A DNA stretch of 64,000 bases from a virus. Position numbers and translations under genes: made by a program. Shown here in pieces: positions 47,268 through 56,459 of the stretch. The notes under the pieces are model-generated. The model had not been told where the DNA came from. It saw only the letters and a list, made by a program, of their open reading frames with translations, and ran no database searches. The stretch's first letter is position 1, and each line of letters begins with the position of its first letter. The stretch is from the IMG/VR virus record IMGVR_UViG_3300034520_000378; one strand, 5' to 3'.

Positions 47268-48296
47268 CTAAACTACCTCCTTTCCAGAAATATACTGAGA
47301 CCGCCAGGAAACAGAGGTTAATACCCGGCAATCCTCGGGTTTCACAGTTCGTGTGACCCTCTTCCCTGTTTTGATGTCGTGCAGGCTCAGTCGACCGTTT
47401 AAGTGGCCGCCAACGTAGCAGAGGCCCCACCGCAGGTGCTTCACCAGTGTGCCGCGCTTGAGCCCCAGGCTACGAGTACCGCCGTAAGGCCTCCTGATTC
47501 CACCCTCCTCCGGCTCCAGGCGGTGCAGCTGGCGGCGGTGGAACCGCAATGGAACCAGGTAGTAGAGCCCGATGTGGTCGGGGTGTTCGGCGCCCGACAC
47601 GGAGGCCGCCAACACCCAGGCGTCCACGCAGTGGGAGAAGAAACTCTTCTTTCTTTTGTCGCCGTTCTTCTTGAGGCCGAACGCTTCCCGGAGCTGTTTC
47701 GTCTCGTGACCCTGCCTCAGAACGGGCTCGAACCCCAGCTCTCCCAGCTTCCGGTAGAAGCATTCCTTCCCCACCTGGACAGGGGAAAAGCTCCTGTTCC
47801 AGCGGCGGCTCCCCTTCTTCATCTCTGCCTTGACGTCCTCCACCACAATGTGGGAGATGGGAAGTATCCTGAGTAAGTCCCGGATTATCCTCAGCTTCGC
47901 CTCCCACCTCGCCCGGGTTGACGGGGGAAGGGTGTTACGCCCACGCAACCTCTCGGGCTTCGTAACCCGGCGACGGGTCTTGCGGTAACGCCTGGCGCGG
48001 CGCATCCGCCTCCTCTGCTCCACGGCCTTTTTCACGTGGGTTACGGCTTCCGACATGATGTTCAGAACGGTATGCTTTGTGCCCACTACGGAAGTACCCT
48101 CGAACTTGCTGCCCGGGTCCTGGCCAAGTGCAAGGATTTGATTTGCAGGCTCCACTTCGTAGGTGAGTTGGATGTAGAATATGCCCAGCTTGCTCCGCTT
48201 TGGAAGCGCTTTACCCCGCTTCAGGAACAACCTCGCCTTGGCCGGATGGCAGGGCATGAGGGGCCTTCCACCGGCGTCGACGACGGGAATGCGCAT
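47268..48296 (-). CDS. isrB: IsrB RNA-guided RuvC nickase (342 aa)
   Basis: PLMP motif, RuvC-I GQDPGSK, Arg-rich bridge helix, RuvC-II VVEDV, RuvC-III SHCVDA; no HNH domain; size ~350 aa; AAGGAGG SD. Confidence 0.9.
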   Translation of the reverse strand: MRIPVVDAGGRPLMPCHPAKARLFLKRGKALPKRSKLGIFYIQLTYEVEPANQILALGQDPGSKFEGTSVVGTKHTVLNIMSEAVTHVKKAVEQRRRMRRARRYRKTRRRVTKPERLRGRNTLPPSTRARWEAKLRIIRDLLRILPISHIVVEDVKAEMKKGSRRWNRSFSPVQVGKECFYRKLGELGFEPVLRQGHETKQLREAFGLKKNGDKRKKSFFSHCVDAWVLAASVSGAEHPDHIGLYYLVPLRFHRRQLHRLEPEEGGIRRPYGGTRSLGLKRGTLVKHLRWGLCYVGGHLNGRLSLHDIKTGKRVTRTVKPEDCRVLTSVSWRSQYISGKEVV

Positions 48297-48309
48297 CTCA
48301 ATTTCCTCC

Positions 48310-48602
48310 TTTTCCCGCTTGTACGGGAGAGCTATTCGCTCGGCTCCGGGTCAAAGCCCGGGTGAAATTCCCCTTCGGCAATGCCCGACAGGCATAGCGC
48401 GGTTTTAAACCACGCGCGGCATTCAGCGGTTCTGCCGGAAGGGACCGGACTAGGGGGGCATCCGGGCTTCCTTCGTAGCCCACCGGGCGTAGGGCTAACT
48501 GAGGAAGGAAGTCCTTCCGTCTTGTTGCCCTGAGCCTAGTGCACGGGTTACCCTCGGGCCCGCCAACCCAAGCCCTACGCCTGAAGGCGTAGGGTCCGTG
48601 AC
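48310..48602 (-). ncRNA. omegaRNA scaffold of IsrB
   Basis: ~290-nt highly structured region directly 5' of isrB, with GTCA..ACCC/GGGCTTG start, 'GATGC...CCTAGTCC' and 'CATTGCCGAAGGG' segments as recalled for omegaRNAs. Confidence 0.82.
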
Positions 48603-49045
48603 TAAGTAGTCCCTCCTGCAATGGCGAAATTCATGTCTATCCACGCCACCTTGGATGTGCCGCTGGCGTTGTTGAACACAAACCTGAGCACATCGCCAGC
48701 CTTAAGCTTGACAGCACCAAAGCTCTTAACCTGTGCCACCTCTTTGCAGTATATCGTCTCACAGACAACTTCACCGTTGATGTAGAACGACCAGTAATCA
48801 ACGTCCATGTATCCCGTACAGCCTACTTCTATGGACAGCAGCTCGGCATCCTGCGGCAGCGTGTATTCAATGGGGTACTCTCCAGGTGCAGCAGGCATTT
48901 CTACTCTAAACCCTTTAATGAAAGGCTTTTGGTATGTTGCAAACAGATGTGGAGGCAGGACAACCTGAACAGGGGCCCCTATGCCGTCTATCTTTCTTAC
49001 CCTGTCTATAAGCCCACCAACAGAGTAGTTTACATTAAAGCTCAA
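48602..49045 (-). CDS. virion structural protein (147 aa)
   Basis: GGAGG SD, TTG start; beta-rich; its stop codon overlaps the IS end. Confidence 0.7.
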   Translation of the reverse strand: MSFNVNYSVGGLIDRVRKIDGIGAPVQVVLPPHLFATYQKPFIKGFRVEMPAAPGEYPIEYTLPQDAELLSIEVGCTGYMDVDYWSFYINGEVVCETIYCKEVAQVKSFGAVKLKAGDVLRFVFNNASGTSKVAWIDMNFAIAGGTT

Positions 49046-49968
49046 CTGCCTCCCTCCTCTTTAGCGCGGATACGGACAATGCATCCGCCGTCCGTCTGCT
49101 CAATGACATAATCCACTTTGACAATGCCGTGGTCATCTCCGGGCATCCCGGTAACGCTCTTGCCTATTAGCCGTATGCCGAGTATGTCGCTCTCGGTTAG
49201 ATATAGCGGCAAGAACACGGCTATCTCGTTCGCTGTAGGATCAACAGCAGTAAGTTCAGATTCAAACAGAAGATGGGGTTCGTTGTTGGGTGGGGATGAT
49301 GTCTCCTCTTCTTCTGTCACGTACTGCTGCCCCACTGAAAATACGTAGACCGCCGACCATAAGCCAGTATTCCCGCTGGCATCAAGCGCTCGCACACGCC
49401 AGAAATAGTTGCCGTCATCCAAAGTAACGGCCGGCACCACACTTGTCTCCACCGTTGTGGTGCTCCACAGCAGCGGGTCCATCTCCGGTACAGCAGCCAG
49501 CTGTACCTCGTACAGCGCCGCACCACTGACGGATGCCCAGCTGAACTGGACAGTACCTGTAACAGCGGTCATGTTGACGGGAGACAGCAGCCTGGGCGCC
49601 TCAAGCAGAGCTGCAGCAGTGGTGGTAAAAGAAAACACGTGCATGCCTGCCATTGGGTAGCCCAGAATGGACTTGACACCATCCTGTCTGCCGTCATCAA
49701 GATCGGCATCGCCAACAACTATAACATTGTATGTAGTAGCGCCCTCTAACGGGGCGTTAGGTTTAAATACAGCTTTGCGGTCTGCATATGTTATAGCCCC
49801 GACAACCTTCTCCCCACCTGAAGCCTTTTGGACAATGATGTTGCCCACCAGGCTCTGGGGATCCATATCAGTGCTGAAAACAATAGTTATGTCCGTGGAG
49901 ACAGGGACGTCCACGGACATATTCGCTGGATTCGTACTGACAACGAAAGGCATGAAGACGTAACTCAT
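49042..49968 (-). CDS. virion protein with Ig-like (Big_5) and FN3-like domains
   Basis: 'VVST.PA.....VP....ITI.FS..MD', 'F.P..PL...TTY'; 'FSW..V.GA..Y.VQ...YFWRVRA...G.WS'. Confidence 0.8.
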   Translation of the reverse strand: MSYVFMPFVVSTNPANMSVDVPVSTDITIVFSTDMDPQSLVGNIIVQKASGGEKVVGAITYADRKAVFKPNAPLEGATTYNVIVVGDADLDDGRQDGVKSILGYPMAGMHVFSFTTTAAALLEAPRLLSPVNMTAVTGTVQFSWASVSGAALYEVQLAAVPEMDPLLWSTTTVETSVVPAVTLDDGNYFWRVRALDASGNTGLWSAVYVFSVGQQYVTEEEETSSPPNNEPHLLFESELTAVDPTANEIAVFLPLYLTESDILGIRLIGKSVTGMPGDDHGIVKVDYVIEQTDGGCIVRIRAKEEGGS

Positions 49969-49974
49969 GGAAGA

Positions 49975-50367
49975 TTACCGCCTCTTTTTACGAACAGGCT
50001 TCTTATCCTCCCCAGTCTCAACAGGCTCTACTACCTCTTCCTCTGCAGCAGACTCCTGCACATCCACCACGTCCTGCTCGGCCGCTGGGGTCTCCTCTTT
50101 CTGTTTGATTTCTTCAGCAGGAGTGGCCGCCTGCTCAACGACAGCTTCTTTTCCCTGGGGTTGCGCCTGTCCATTTTCATCAGCAAAAACAGTACCGTTT
50201 ACGTCAATCAATTCTCCGTACCGCACCGCCCGCTTGATATTGGTCAGGTCTGCGCCAAACGGCAGCTCACCAACCACCTTCTGCGGATATGTTAGGAATA
50301 ACCCCGAGACGGGGTCGCGGAAGTACACCCGCCTCGGGGCTAGCTTCAAAATATGCTTATCAGCCAT
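49975..50367 (-). CDS. head-associated hypothetical protein with acidic tail
   Basis: ORF directly after MCP; acidic low-complexity C-terminus ending in KKRR. Confidence 0.65.
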   Translation of the reverse strand: MADKHILKLAPRRVYFRDPVSGLFLTYPQKVVGELPFGADLTNIKRAVRYGELIDVNGTVFADENGQAQPQGKEAVVEQAATPAEEIKQKEETPAAEQDVVDVQESAAEEEVVEPVETGEDKKPVRKKRR

Positions 50368-50384
50368 TCTGGCTCACCCTAACC

Positions 50385-51488
50385 TTATACTGTCTTAATA
50401 CGGGGCGGTTCGGGCCAGCTGGCATCAAGCGTAATGTTCTTAGCAACGGCTATAGCACGTCCCTTGTGCAGTATTCCAATACCATACCTCTCAGTGAGCT
50501 TGATGTCCCTTATGTCGCGGGCAGGATTGTCAAACTCCTGAGTCCTTATATCCTCTCTTACGAGCAGAATACCGACGTTGTCCCTGTCTACACAGTACAT
50601 GTCAAACTTCTTGGCTTCTTTGTCGAATGGCACGAATGGCGACAGCAGCACTTCAAGCCCGAATGGTATCCTACCCTGTATGCTCTCGGGCCCTATCTCA
50701 AACTTCTGCGGCATCTCAGGGCTGCCGAAATACCATTTAGCACCGAAGGTCAAGAGCCCAGCAATCTCAGACTTGGCAAACGCAGACCATGTGAGCGGAT
50801 GCATTATAATGGTCGTCGGAGTAAACTCGTTTGCCATAACAGCGAGTATCAGATCCAGGAAGTCCTCCAGGGACATCGTTCCGTTCGGATTGCCGTCCTT
50901 GCCGAGGCCGGTGGTGTGTGCTTCGGGATACTGCTCTGCGGGGAGGCTGTTGTCGAAGACAGTCCAGCCATGCTTGCTGAATTCCCTGAATATCTTCTGC
51001 TCCTTGTGCCGTGCGAGAGCTCTTCCAGCCTCTTCAAGCATCATAGCCACGATATCCCACATGCTGTCCTCGATGAGCTCTCTGGTTACCTGCACCCTTA
51101 CGCCGGCCTTCCCGATGCGGACCTCGAGAGTGCCTTCGTAGGTCTGCACATCTACAGACTCGGCAGGGATTTCTTGCCCTTCGGCCACATCATACGCTCT
51201 GATAGGCCCAATTGCAGGGAATACATATACCTGACCGGAATTCTTGGTCCTCACGGTTTTGAGAAGCTTCTTGCCCAGGTATATAGGCTCGGCCGCCCTG
51301 CGTACAGCTCCAATTATGACCTTGGGGAGCAGAATTTGCGCAGAGGGCAATGCGGTAAACTCCTGGATAGTGGGCACGTCGCTTACCGCTTCGCCCCTCA
51401 TCGCAGCATTAACTCTCTCTATCAAATCAACCTCTTCCTGAGTGAGTGTGTAATTCTCAATGTCTTCCATGAATCTCCTGTTCATCAC
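50385..51488 (-). CDS. major capsid protein (HK97-like)
   Basis: 'A..VAEGQEIP', 'K.G..V.VT.ELIEDS..DI', 'IIMHPL.W', 'ERYG' patterns; follows protease and decoration genes. Confidence 0.88.
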   Translation of the reverse strand: MMNRRFMEDIENYTLTQEEVDLIERVNAAMRGEAVSDVPTIQEFTALPSAQILLPKVIIGAVRRAAEPIYLGKKLLKTVRTKNSGQVYVFPAIGPIRAYDVAEGQEIPAESVDVQTYEGTLEVRIGKAGVRVQVTRELIEDSMWDIVAMMLEEAGRALARHKEQKIFREFSKHGWTVFDNSLPAEQYPEAHTTGLGKDGNPNGTMSLEDFLDLILAVMANEFTPTTIIMHPLTWSAFAKSEIAGLLTFGAKWYFGSPEMPQKFEIGPESIQGRIPFGLEVLLSPFVPFDKEAKKFDMYCVDRDNVGILLVREDIRTQEFDNPARDIRDIKLTERYGIGILHKGRAIAVAKNITLDASWPEPPRIKTV

Positions 51489-51558
51489 TGCCCGGCATTT
51501 GCTGTATCAAAACAGCTATGCCACTTCCTCCTTTCCTCGTTCTGGTCTCATGCTTGGT

Positions 51559-52605
51559 TTAGAATATCAGTATTCTTGCAACACCAGCAGCACCGACATA
51601 GTCCCAACCGGGAGGTGTGCCAAGATAGTCAGTGCTGGTCTGAGCTATGACATATCCGTTGAGGTCCTGTCCAGCAGGCCATGGCAATGTAATAGTCACA
51701 GTCGCTTTTTCGTAATCAACGCTGAACTGGCTGGATGGCAGTTCCATACCAGCTACATACACTTTCACAAGGCCGTTGAACACAATGCTTCCAAGATTGA
51801 CAGTATAAGTCGTCTGGCCCATTGGAATAGTGAACGGCACCCTTGTGGAGCCTCTGTAGGCGCCATCAGTCAGACCGGGCATCCCCACAGGTGTATACTT
51901 GCTCGCCTCTACGCCGTCTCTGTAGCGCGGATCATATGGATACCCGTTTTCACCGGGTACAGCGTTTTGTGCAAAGTCAGGTTCAGGATAGAGCTCTTTC
52001 TTGGTCGCATCATCGAACATTACCCACTTGAACAAGCCCCATGGCTCTTTCTCGTCCTCAATTGCGATTACCTGGCCAACAACTGTCAGTGGATTGGTAC
52101 CATCATACTTGGTGAGGTGCCCTTTGTTGGCAGGATCCTTGGATACCATTACGTAGTCGCCAACGTTGAGACGGTTGTTTTCATCAATGTCATGTATTGC
52201 GCCGTACTTCACCAAAGCACAGTCGTCAGCCTTGGGGATATAGGGCAGCTCGATGTATGCCTGACGTATGAAGCTGGGCTCGTTGCCCACCATCTGATCA
52301 GGATACTTCTTGCAGATATTGTAGGGAGCAATTCCCACGTATGGCTTGTTGCCGTCAGCAATCGTAAGAACGGTCTTCTTAATGCCTGTCTCAGGATCGA
52401 CCGTTCTACCGTTTATAGCGACGGCTGTACCTTTGGGAATCACTACTTCCCTGTAACCAGGGAATCCGAATGGGTTTTCAAACAGAACAGGTAAGCTGGG
52501 GTCGGCTATGAAGCTTTCAGCGGGACTCTCGATCCCTGATACAACAAGCCTCGCGTTAGCCGTCCTGTCTTTAAGCCGATAGTCCATTTTGGGCATCAGT
52601 GCCAT
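51559..52605 (-). CDS. capsid decoration/cement protein
   Basis: Between protease and MCP; 'VVIPKG..VA', 'VGIAPYN', 'L.VGD.V', 'VVGQV'; extra beta-sandwich insert near the C-terminus. Confidence 0.6.
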   Translation of the reverse strand: MALMPKMDYRLKDRTANARLVVSGIESPAESFIADPSLPVLFENPFGFPGYREVVIPKGTAVAINGRTVDPETGIKKTVLTIADGNKPYVGIAPYNICKKYPDQMVGNEPSFIRQAYIELPYIPKADDCALVKYGAIHDIDENNRLNVGDYVMVSKDPANKGHLTKYDGTNPLTVVGQVIAIEDEKEPWGLFKWVMFDDATKKELYPEPDFAQNAVPGENGYPYDPRYRDGVEASKYTPVGMPGLTDGAYRGSTRVPFTIPMGQTTYTVNLGSIVFNGLVKVYVAGMELPSSQFSVDYEKATVTITLPWPAGQDLNGYVIAQTSTDYLGTPPGWDYVGAAGVARILIF

Positions 52606-52643
52606 TTCCGTTACTCCTCCTTATCTTGAGTGTTCATAGATGT

Positions 52644-53741
52644 TTATCTGCTGCTAAGCAGCTTTAAGAGTGCAGCTTCTAGGTCCTTAATGGTATACTT
52701 GTTTTCGTCTTGGGCTGCAGCCTTTTCCTCGACTACACCCTCGCCACCCGGGCACTGTACAGACTCGGTCTGCCGCGGTTCCGTGTGAAGCTTGGCTGAA
52801 AGCTTCAGTATCTCACCGCGCAGCTCTTTGGCGCTCATTTCAGCAGCCTTTTGCTCAGCCTCATCAGCTGTGCCGCAAAGCCCGGATGCAACAGCAAGGT
52901 CTGCATAGTGGTGCACAAGCTCTTCACGCAGGATCCTGGCAAGCTCAACGCTCTGCTCAACAACGGCAGTCAGTTTGCCCTGTGATTCCTCAACTGCCGC
53001 TTTCACTGCTTCAAGCTGCTGCTTCAGCTCTTCAATCTGACCCTTGAGCTCACCTACAGCGTCCTGCGTCTCCTCATTAGCCTGTACAACCTCCGTGCTC
53101 TCCTCCTTGTTCTCCACTGGTTCCTCAAAGGCCTCAACAATCTCTTCAATGAGTTCCATCTTTTCCATTGCAACCTCCCCATTTCTCCTATTACATATAC
53201 TACCGGCATCGCTGAGTTTTACAGCATCCATACTTTCCTGCGTTTTCTCCTCCGCAGTTTTAATGTCTATGATCTGCGCGTATGGATCTGCCGGGTAGTT
53301 GACGAACGACACTTCAACATGCTCGCCAATCTTTGCTATCCAGTAACAGAGCTTGCCGTCATATACACGGCCTTTCCTGTGCTCGCACGGTGTGCCCTGC
53401 GCCCAGTCATTCTTACAGATAGAGCACACGGCACTGGTTATCGTGGTGCCAATACTCAGGGTGTGGTACCGCCCGTCCTCTATCTTCTTTTGCGCATCAG
53501 GGTCGGTTATATTCAGCGTTAGCTCGGCGCAGTAGCTGTTCATCTTGAGGGAGCTCTTTCTAAAGCGCGCTCCAACAACCCTTCCCACGGGCTCGCTGTC
53601 AAGGTTGTGATGCGTCAGCACGGGCTTATTGTACGGCTCAGTCCAGGTGCTAAGTGCACGCTCAAGCTCTGCACGTGGATAGAAGTTGAAGTTTCCCGTC
53701 ATGCCGGAATGAATGGCCTCAGCAACCACAATCAGCGCCAT
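52644..53741 (-). CDS. prohead protease with C-terminal scaffold
   Basis: 'KPVLTHH', 'PVGRV', 'I.DGRY.TLSIG', 'EVSFVN.PAD'; acidic coiled-coil tail; AAGGAG SD before 53741. Confidence 0.85.
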   Translation of the reverse strand: MALIVVAEAIHSGMTGNFNFYPRAELERALSTWTEPYNKPVLTHHNLDSEPVGRVVGARFRKSSLKMNSYCAELTLNITDPDAQKKIEDGRYHTLSIGTTITSAVCSICKNDWAQGTPCEHRKGRVYDGKLCYWIAKIGEHVEVSFVNYPADPYAQIIDIKTAEEKTQESMDAVKLSDAGSICNRRNGEVAMEKMELIEEIVEAFEEPVENKEESTEVVQANEETQDAVGELKGQIEELKQQLEAVKAAVEESQGKLTAVVEQSVELARILREELVHHYADLAVASGLCGTADEAEQKAAEMSAKELRGEILKLSAKLHTEPRQTESVQCPGGEGVVEEKAAAQDENKYTIKDLEAALLKLLSSR

Positions 53742-55356
53742 GCGGAATCCCTCTCCTTTCTCCGGCAACCTTTTTATACGCCGCCTCAACTGCGGTATCG
53801 ATATCCATACCTTCTCCTTTGACAAGGGACTCTATCAGTACAAGGGCTGCTTCTTTAGCAACCTCAGGCGCATCGTCACCGTAAACGCTCGCCCGCTCGC
53901 ACACGTCAATCATCAGCTCTGCAGGCGATACGGCTTCTTCCGCCTTGCCCTTTCTGCCCGGCTTGCCAGGAGCGCTGGGCGTGGTCTGCGGCTGCGTCCG
54001 TGTAACCACATCGCTGGGCGATACAGCCACCTTCTTGCCCGTAGACTGGGCGACGGGTATCGTCACCAGGTTGTAGAACAGCTTTGCACGGTCAGTTATC
54101 GGATCCCGGCCCAGCTCTGCGCGCATCTCGTCTTCGGTGATACAGTTGGTAATGTACTGGTATATGATGTGGTTCTCGTACTTGATCTTCATGTCAAGGT
54201 CTATCTCGCGGAACCTGAAATAGACAGCGTCCTTGGGATTGAGCAGCGGGTCATATCCGCCCTCCATAAGCAGTTCCTTGATGATAAACTCGTTGATGAA
54301 CGATTCCATAACCCTCTGCATTGCTTTGACGGTCTCGCGCAGGTCAAAATACTGCGACTCGGCCGTTGCACGGCTGGCGGAACCGCTGCGTCCCATAACC
54401 GTCTCGGAAACACCCAGCCCGGTAAATACCCTCTGTTCGAAATACCTCAGGTAATTGTTAGCGTCTATCACGTTGTCAAGAGCTATGGGTACTATCTTGT
54501 GCCTTTCCGTAGTGACCAGGCCCGCTTCAAGGTCCATGTTCTCTATCATCTGCTTGGCTGCCTGTACCTCTTCATCCGTACCGCCATACCCCTCACGGTC
54601 AAGCCCTATAATGTGATGCAGGAACGGGTAGAGGTTGCGGTATATCAGCTTGAGGACATTCTCTTCAACCTGCCTTAAGGCGTTGATGTCCTCAATAACG
54701 GATACAAGGTACGGCATTGCAAAGACCTGGTTTTTGTCACGCTTGTAGTAAAAGTGGACAACGTCTTCAGGTTTCAGCTCAAGCGGTTTGGTATTACCCG
54801 GGAAATTGACCACCCATTTGTACACGTTTCCCGCGCTATCACGCTCAATCTGGACATAGTTCAGATTAACAGGGAAGTAGCCAACAACCGGCTGCTTGCC
54901 ATTGATGCCGCGAACCACAAGCCCTTTAGGCCAGGTAATGTTCTTCCTGACCTTTATCACAACGGCGTTTGAATACTTGACAAGATCCTCGGCTATCTCA
55001 ACAAACAGCTGGTTGGTAGGGATCCTGGTCATTTCAGCTATCAGCTTGAGCCGCTTGTTGATATAATCCACTATCCGTGGATTGTCGCCTATGAAATCCC
55101 AGCCGGCCTTGAACATCAGCTCTATGTGCTTGTCAACCGCCCGACGCACAAACGCCTCGTTCTTGTACAAAGCGTCAATCCTGGCTATATCAAAGTCTAC
55201 CGGGGTGAGCTCGCGGTCAAAGTCCTGCTTGCGCCCCGGAATCAGCTCGATCCGCGCTATCGGGTCACGCTGCGTTTTCTTCGGCTCAGGAGCCGGCTGT
55301 TCGTGTACTCTAACATCCCTATTCAAGAACGCTTTAATCGCATTAGCTATCCTCAA
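53719..55356 (-). CDS. portal protein
   Basis: 'FVRRAVD', 'DLVKY.NA', 'PEDVVHF', 'F..LGV', 'IT.DEMR.ELG.DP' portal motifs; upstream of protease. Confidence 0.85.
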   Translation of the reverse strand: MRIANAIKAFLNRDVRVHEQPAPEPKKTQRDPIARIELIPGRKQDFDRELTPVDFDIARIDALYKNEAFVRRAVDKHIELMFKAGWDFIGDNPRIVDYINKRLKLIAEMTRIPTNQLFVEIAEDLVKYSNAVVIKVRKNITWPKGLVVRGINGKQPVVGYFPVNLNYVQIERDSAGNVYKWVVNFPGNTKPLELKPEDVVHFYYKRDKNQVFAMPYLVSVIEDINALRQVEENVLKLIYRNLYPFLHHIIGLDREGYGGTDEEVQAAKQMIENMDLEAGLVTTERHKIVPIALDNVIDANNYLRYFEQRVFTGLGVSETVMGRSGSASRATAESQYFDLRETVKAMQRVMESFINEFIIKELLMEGGYDPLLNPKDAVYFRFREIDLDMKIKYENHIIYQYITNCITEDEMRAELGRDPITDRAKLFYNLVTIPVAQSTGKKVAVSPSDVVTRTQPQTTPSAPGKPGRKGKAEEAVSPAELMIDVCERASVYGDDAPEVAKEAALVLIESLVKGEGMDIDTAVEAAYKKVAGERRGIPHGADCGC

Positions 55357-55436
55357 CGCAATCGCCGCCCTTCTTGTCCGGCTATTCCCTCCTCCCCAGC
55401 CCCTGCCGTACTGCCCTCAGTCGGAGAAGGTACGCT

Positions 55437-55754
55437 CTACTGTTTGTTCTCGATCTTCTGACGCAGGAGCTTGTAGAAGTCGTGCACAAAGTTGGAACCA
55501 CGGCTCACCACAAGCACGGCAACCAAATTCATAAGCAGGTTGTATCTATCATTGTCAAAGGGCCTAAGCGGTGATACAACAACGAACAAGAGCACGCTTA
55601 CTACAAGCGCAATGAGCCTTTTGGCATCCGCATTGAGCTGGGCACGCACTTTCTCCGGTAAGTTTTCCTTGATTATCTCGGTGACTATCTCAACGATGAA
55701 CGCTGCAAGAACAAGGTACGAAGAGTAGTCTAACAGAACGGAAAAGTCAAACAT
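55437..55754 (-). CDS. holin-like membrane protein
   Basis: 105 aa, three hydrophobic segments, 'SRGSNFVHD' motif, basic C-terminus. Confidence 0.7.
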   Translation of the reverse strand: MFDFSVLLDYSSYLVLAAFIVEIVTEIIKENLPEKVRAQLNADAKRLIALVVSVLLFVVVSPLRPFDNDRYNLLMNLVAVLVVSRGSNFVHDFYKLLRQKIENKQ

Positions 55755-55768
55755 CTATGTGCGCCTCC

Positions 55769-56086
55769 TTATTCCCTCTCTGACATAATAGGCTCTTCAG
55801 TCGGAATACTATCAACAGATGTTCTCTTGCGTCCGCCCGCCCACGGCAGCGGTAGATGCCCAATCGCCTTACCGCCAACCGCGATCAACAGCGGATAGCT
55901 CAGTACCGTGAAAAAGTCAACCTGCACCGGACTTAGACTTTCCGACAGCGCCAGCCTAATAGCTACATACATCCAAACAGGGAGGATGAGTATAACAACA
56001 ACGTCGGCTAGGCTGAGACCGTCGTCGTCCGCCCAAAAACCCTTCTCAATAACCGACATTGCCTTGTGTGTAAACATCTTAAGCAT
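55769..56086 (-). CDS. small two-TM membrane protein (holin-like)
   Basis: 'FW.DDDGLS..D' followed by two hydrophobic segments. Confidence 0.55.
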   Translation of the reverse strand: MLKMFTHKAMSVIEKGFWADDDGLSLADVVVILILPVWMYVAIRLALSESLSPVQVDFFTVLSYPLLIAVGGKAIGHLPLPWAGGRKRTSVDSIPTEEPIMSERE

Positions 56087-56456
56087 TAGAGCAGCACCCC
56101 AAGGAAACAGGTATAGGTCTTTTGATGTGCACCATGTTCGCTATGCAGTCATCACCCAACTTTGAAATGATATAGCTACATGCGGCAACTGGATCGCAGT
56201 GCCTGCCGCATGTAAAACAGTCTACAGCTGCATAGCCGTACTCGGGATATGTATGGATCGAGATATGGCTTTCGGACAAAAGCAGTACGACTGAAACGCC
56301 TTGCGGCTCAAACTTCTCGTAGGCCTCACCCCGAATGGTGGCCCCGGCAGCCTGAGCCGCACACCGTAATATGTCCCTTATCATGTCTAGATTGTCCAGT
56401 ATCGCAGGATCCGCATTGTATATCTCACAGATGGAGTGTTTGCCGTGAACCTCCAT
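56079..56456 (-). CDS. speD: S-adenosylmethionine decarboxylase proenzyme family
   Basis: G.H, KFEPQGVS, LSE/SHISIHTYPE self-cleavage motif, DCFTCG. Confidence 0.93.
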   Translation of the reverse strand: MEVHGKHSICEIYNADPAILDNLDMIRDILRCAAQAAGATIRGEAYEKFEPQGVSVVLLLSESHISIHTYPEYGYAAVDCFTCGRHCDPVAACSYIISKLGDDCIANMVHIKRPIPVSLGCCSNA

Positions 56457-56459
56457 TCG

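Larger units (their letters stand above)
47219..48602 (-). mobile_element. non-autonomous IS200/IS605-superfamily element carrying isrB and omegaRNA (no tnpA)
   Basis: Starts GTCAcggACCC-hairpin-GGGCTTG; subterminal hairpin near 47233-47256; GC-richer than flanks; inserted between two structural genes; ends uncertain by a few nt. Confidence 0.85.

Noticed and set aside
47268-48296. IscB, Cas9 or TnpB call
   Set aside because: No HNH domain between RuvC-II and RuvC-III, no TnpB zinc finger; PLMP plus ~340 aa fits IsrB
48298-48621. 107-aa ORF upstream of isrB
   Set aside because: Coincides with the structured omegaRNA; no TnpA HUH/Y1 motif
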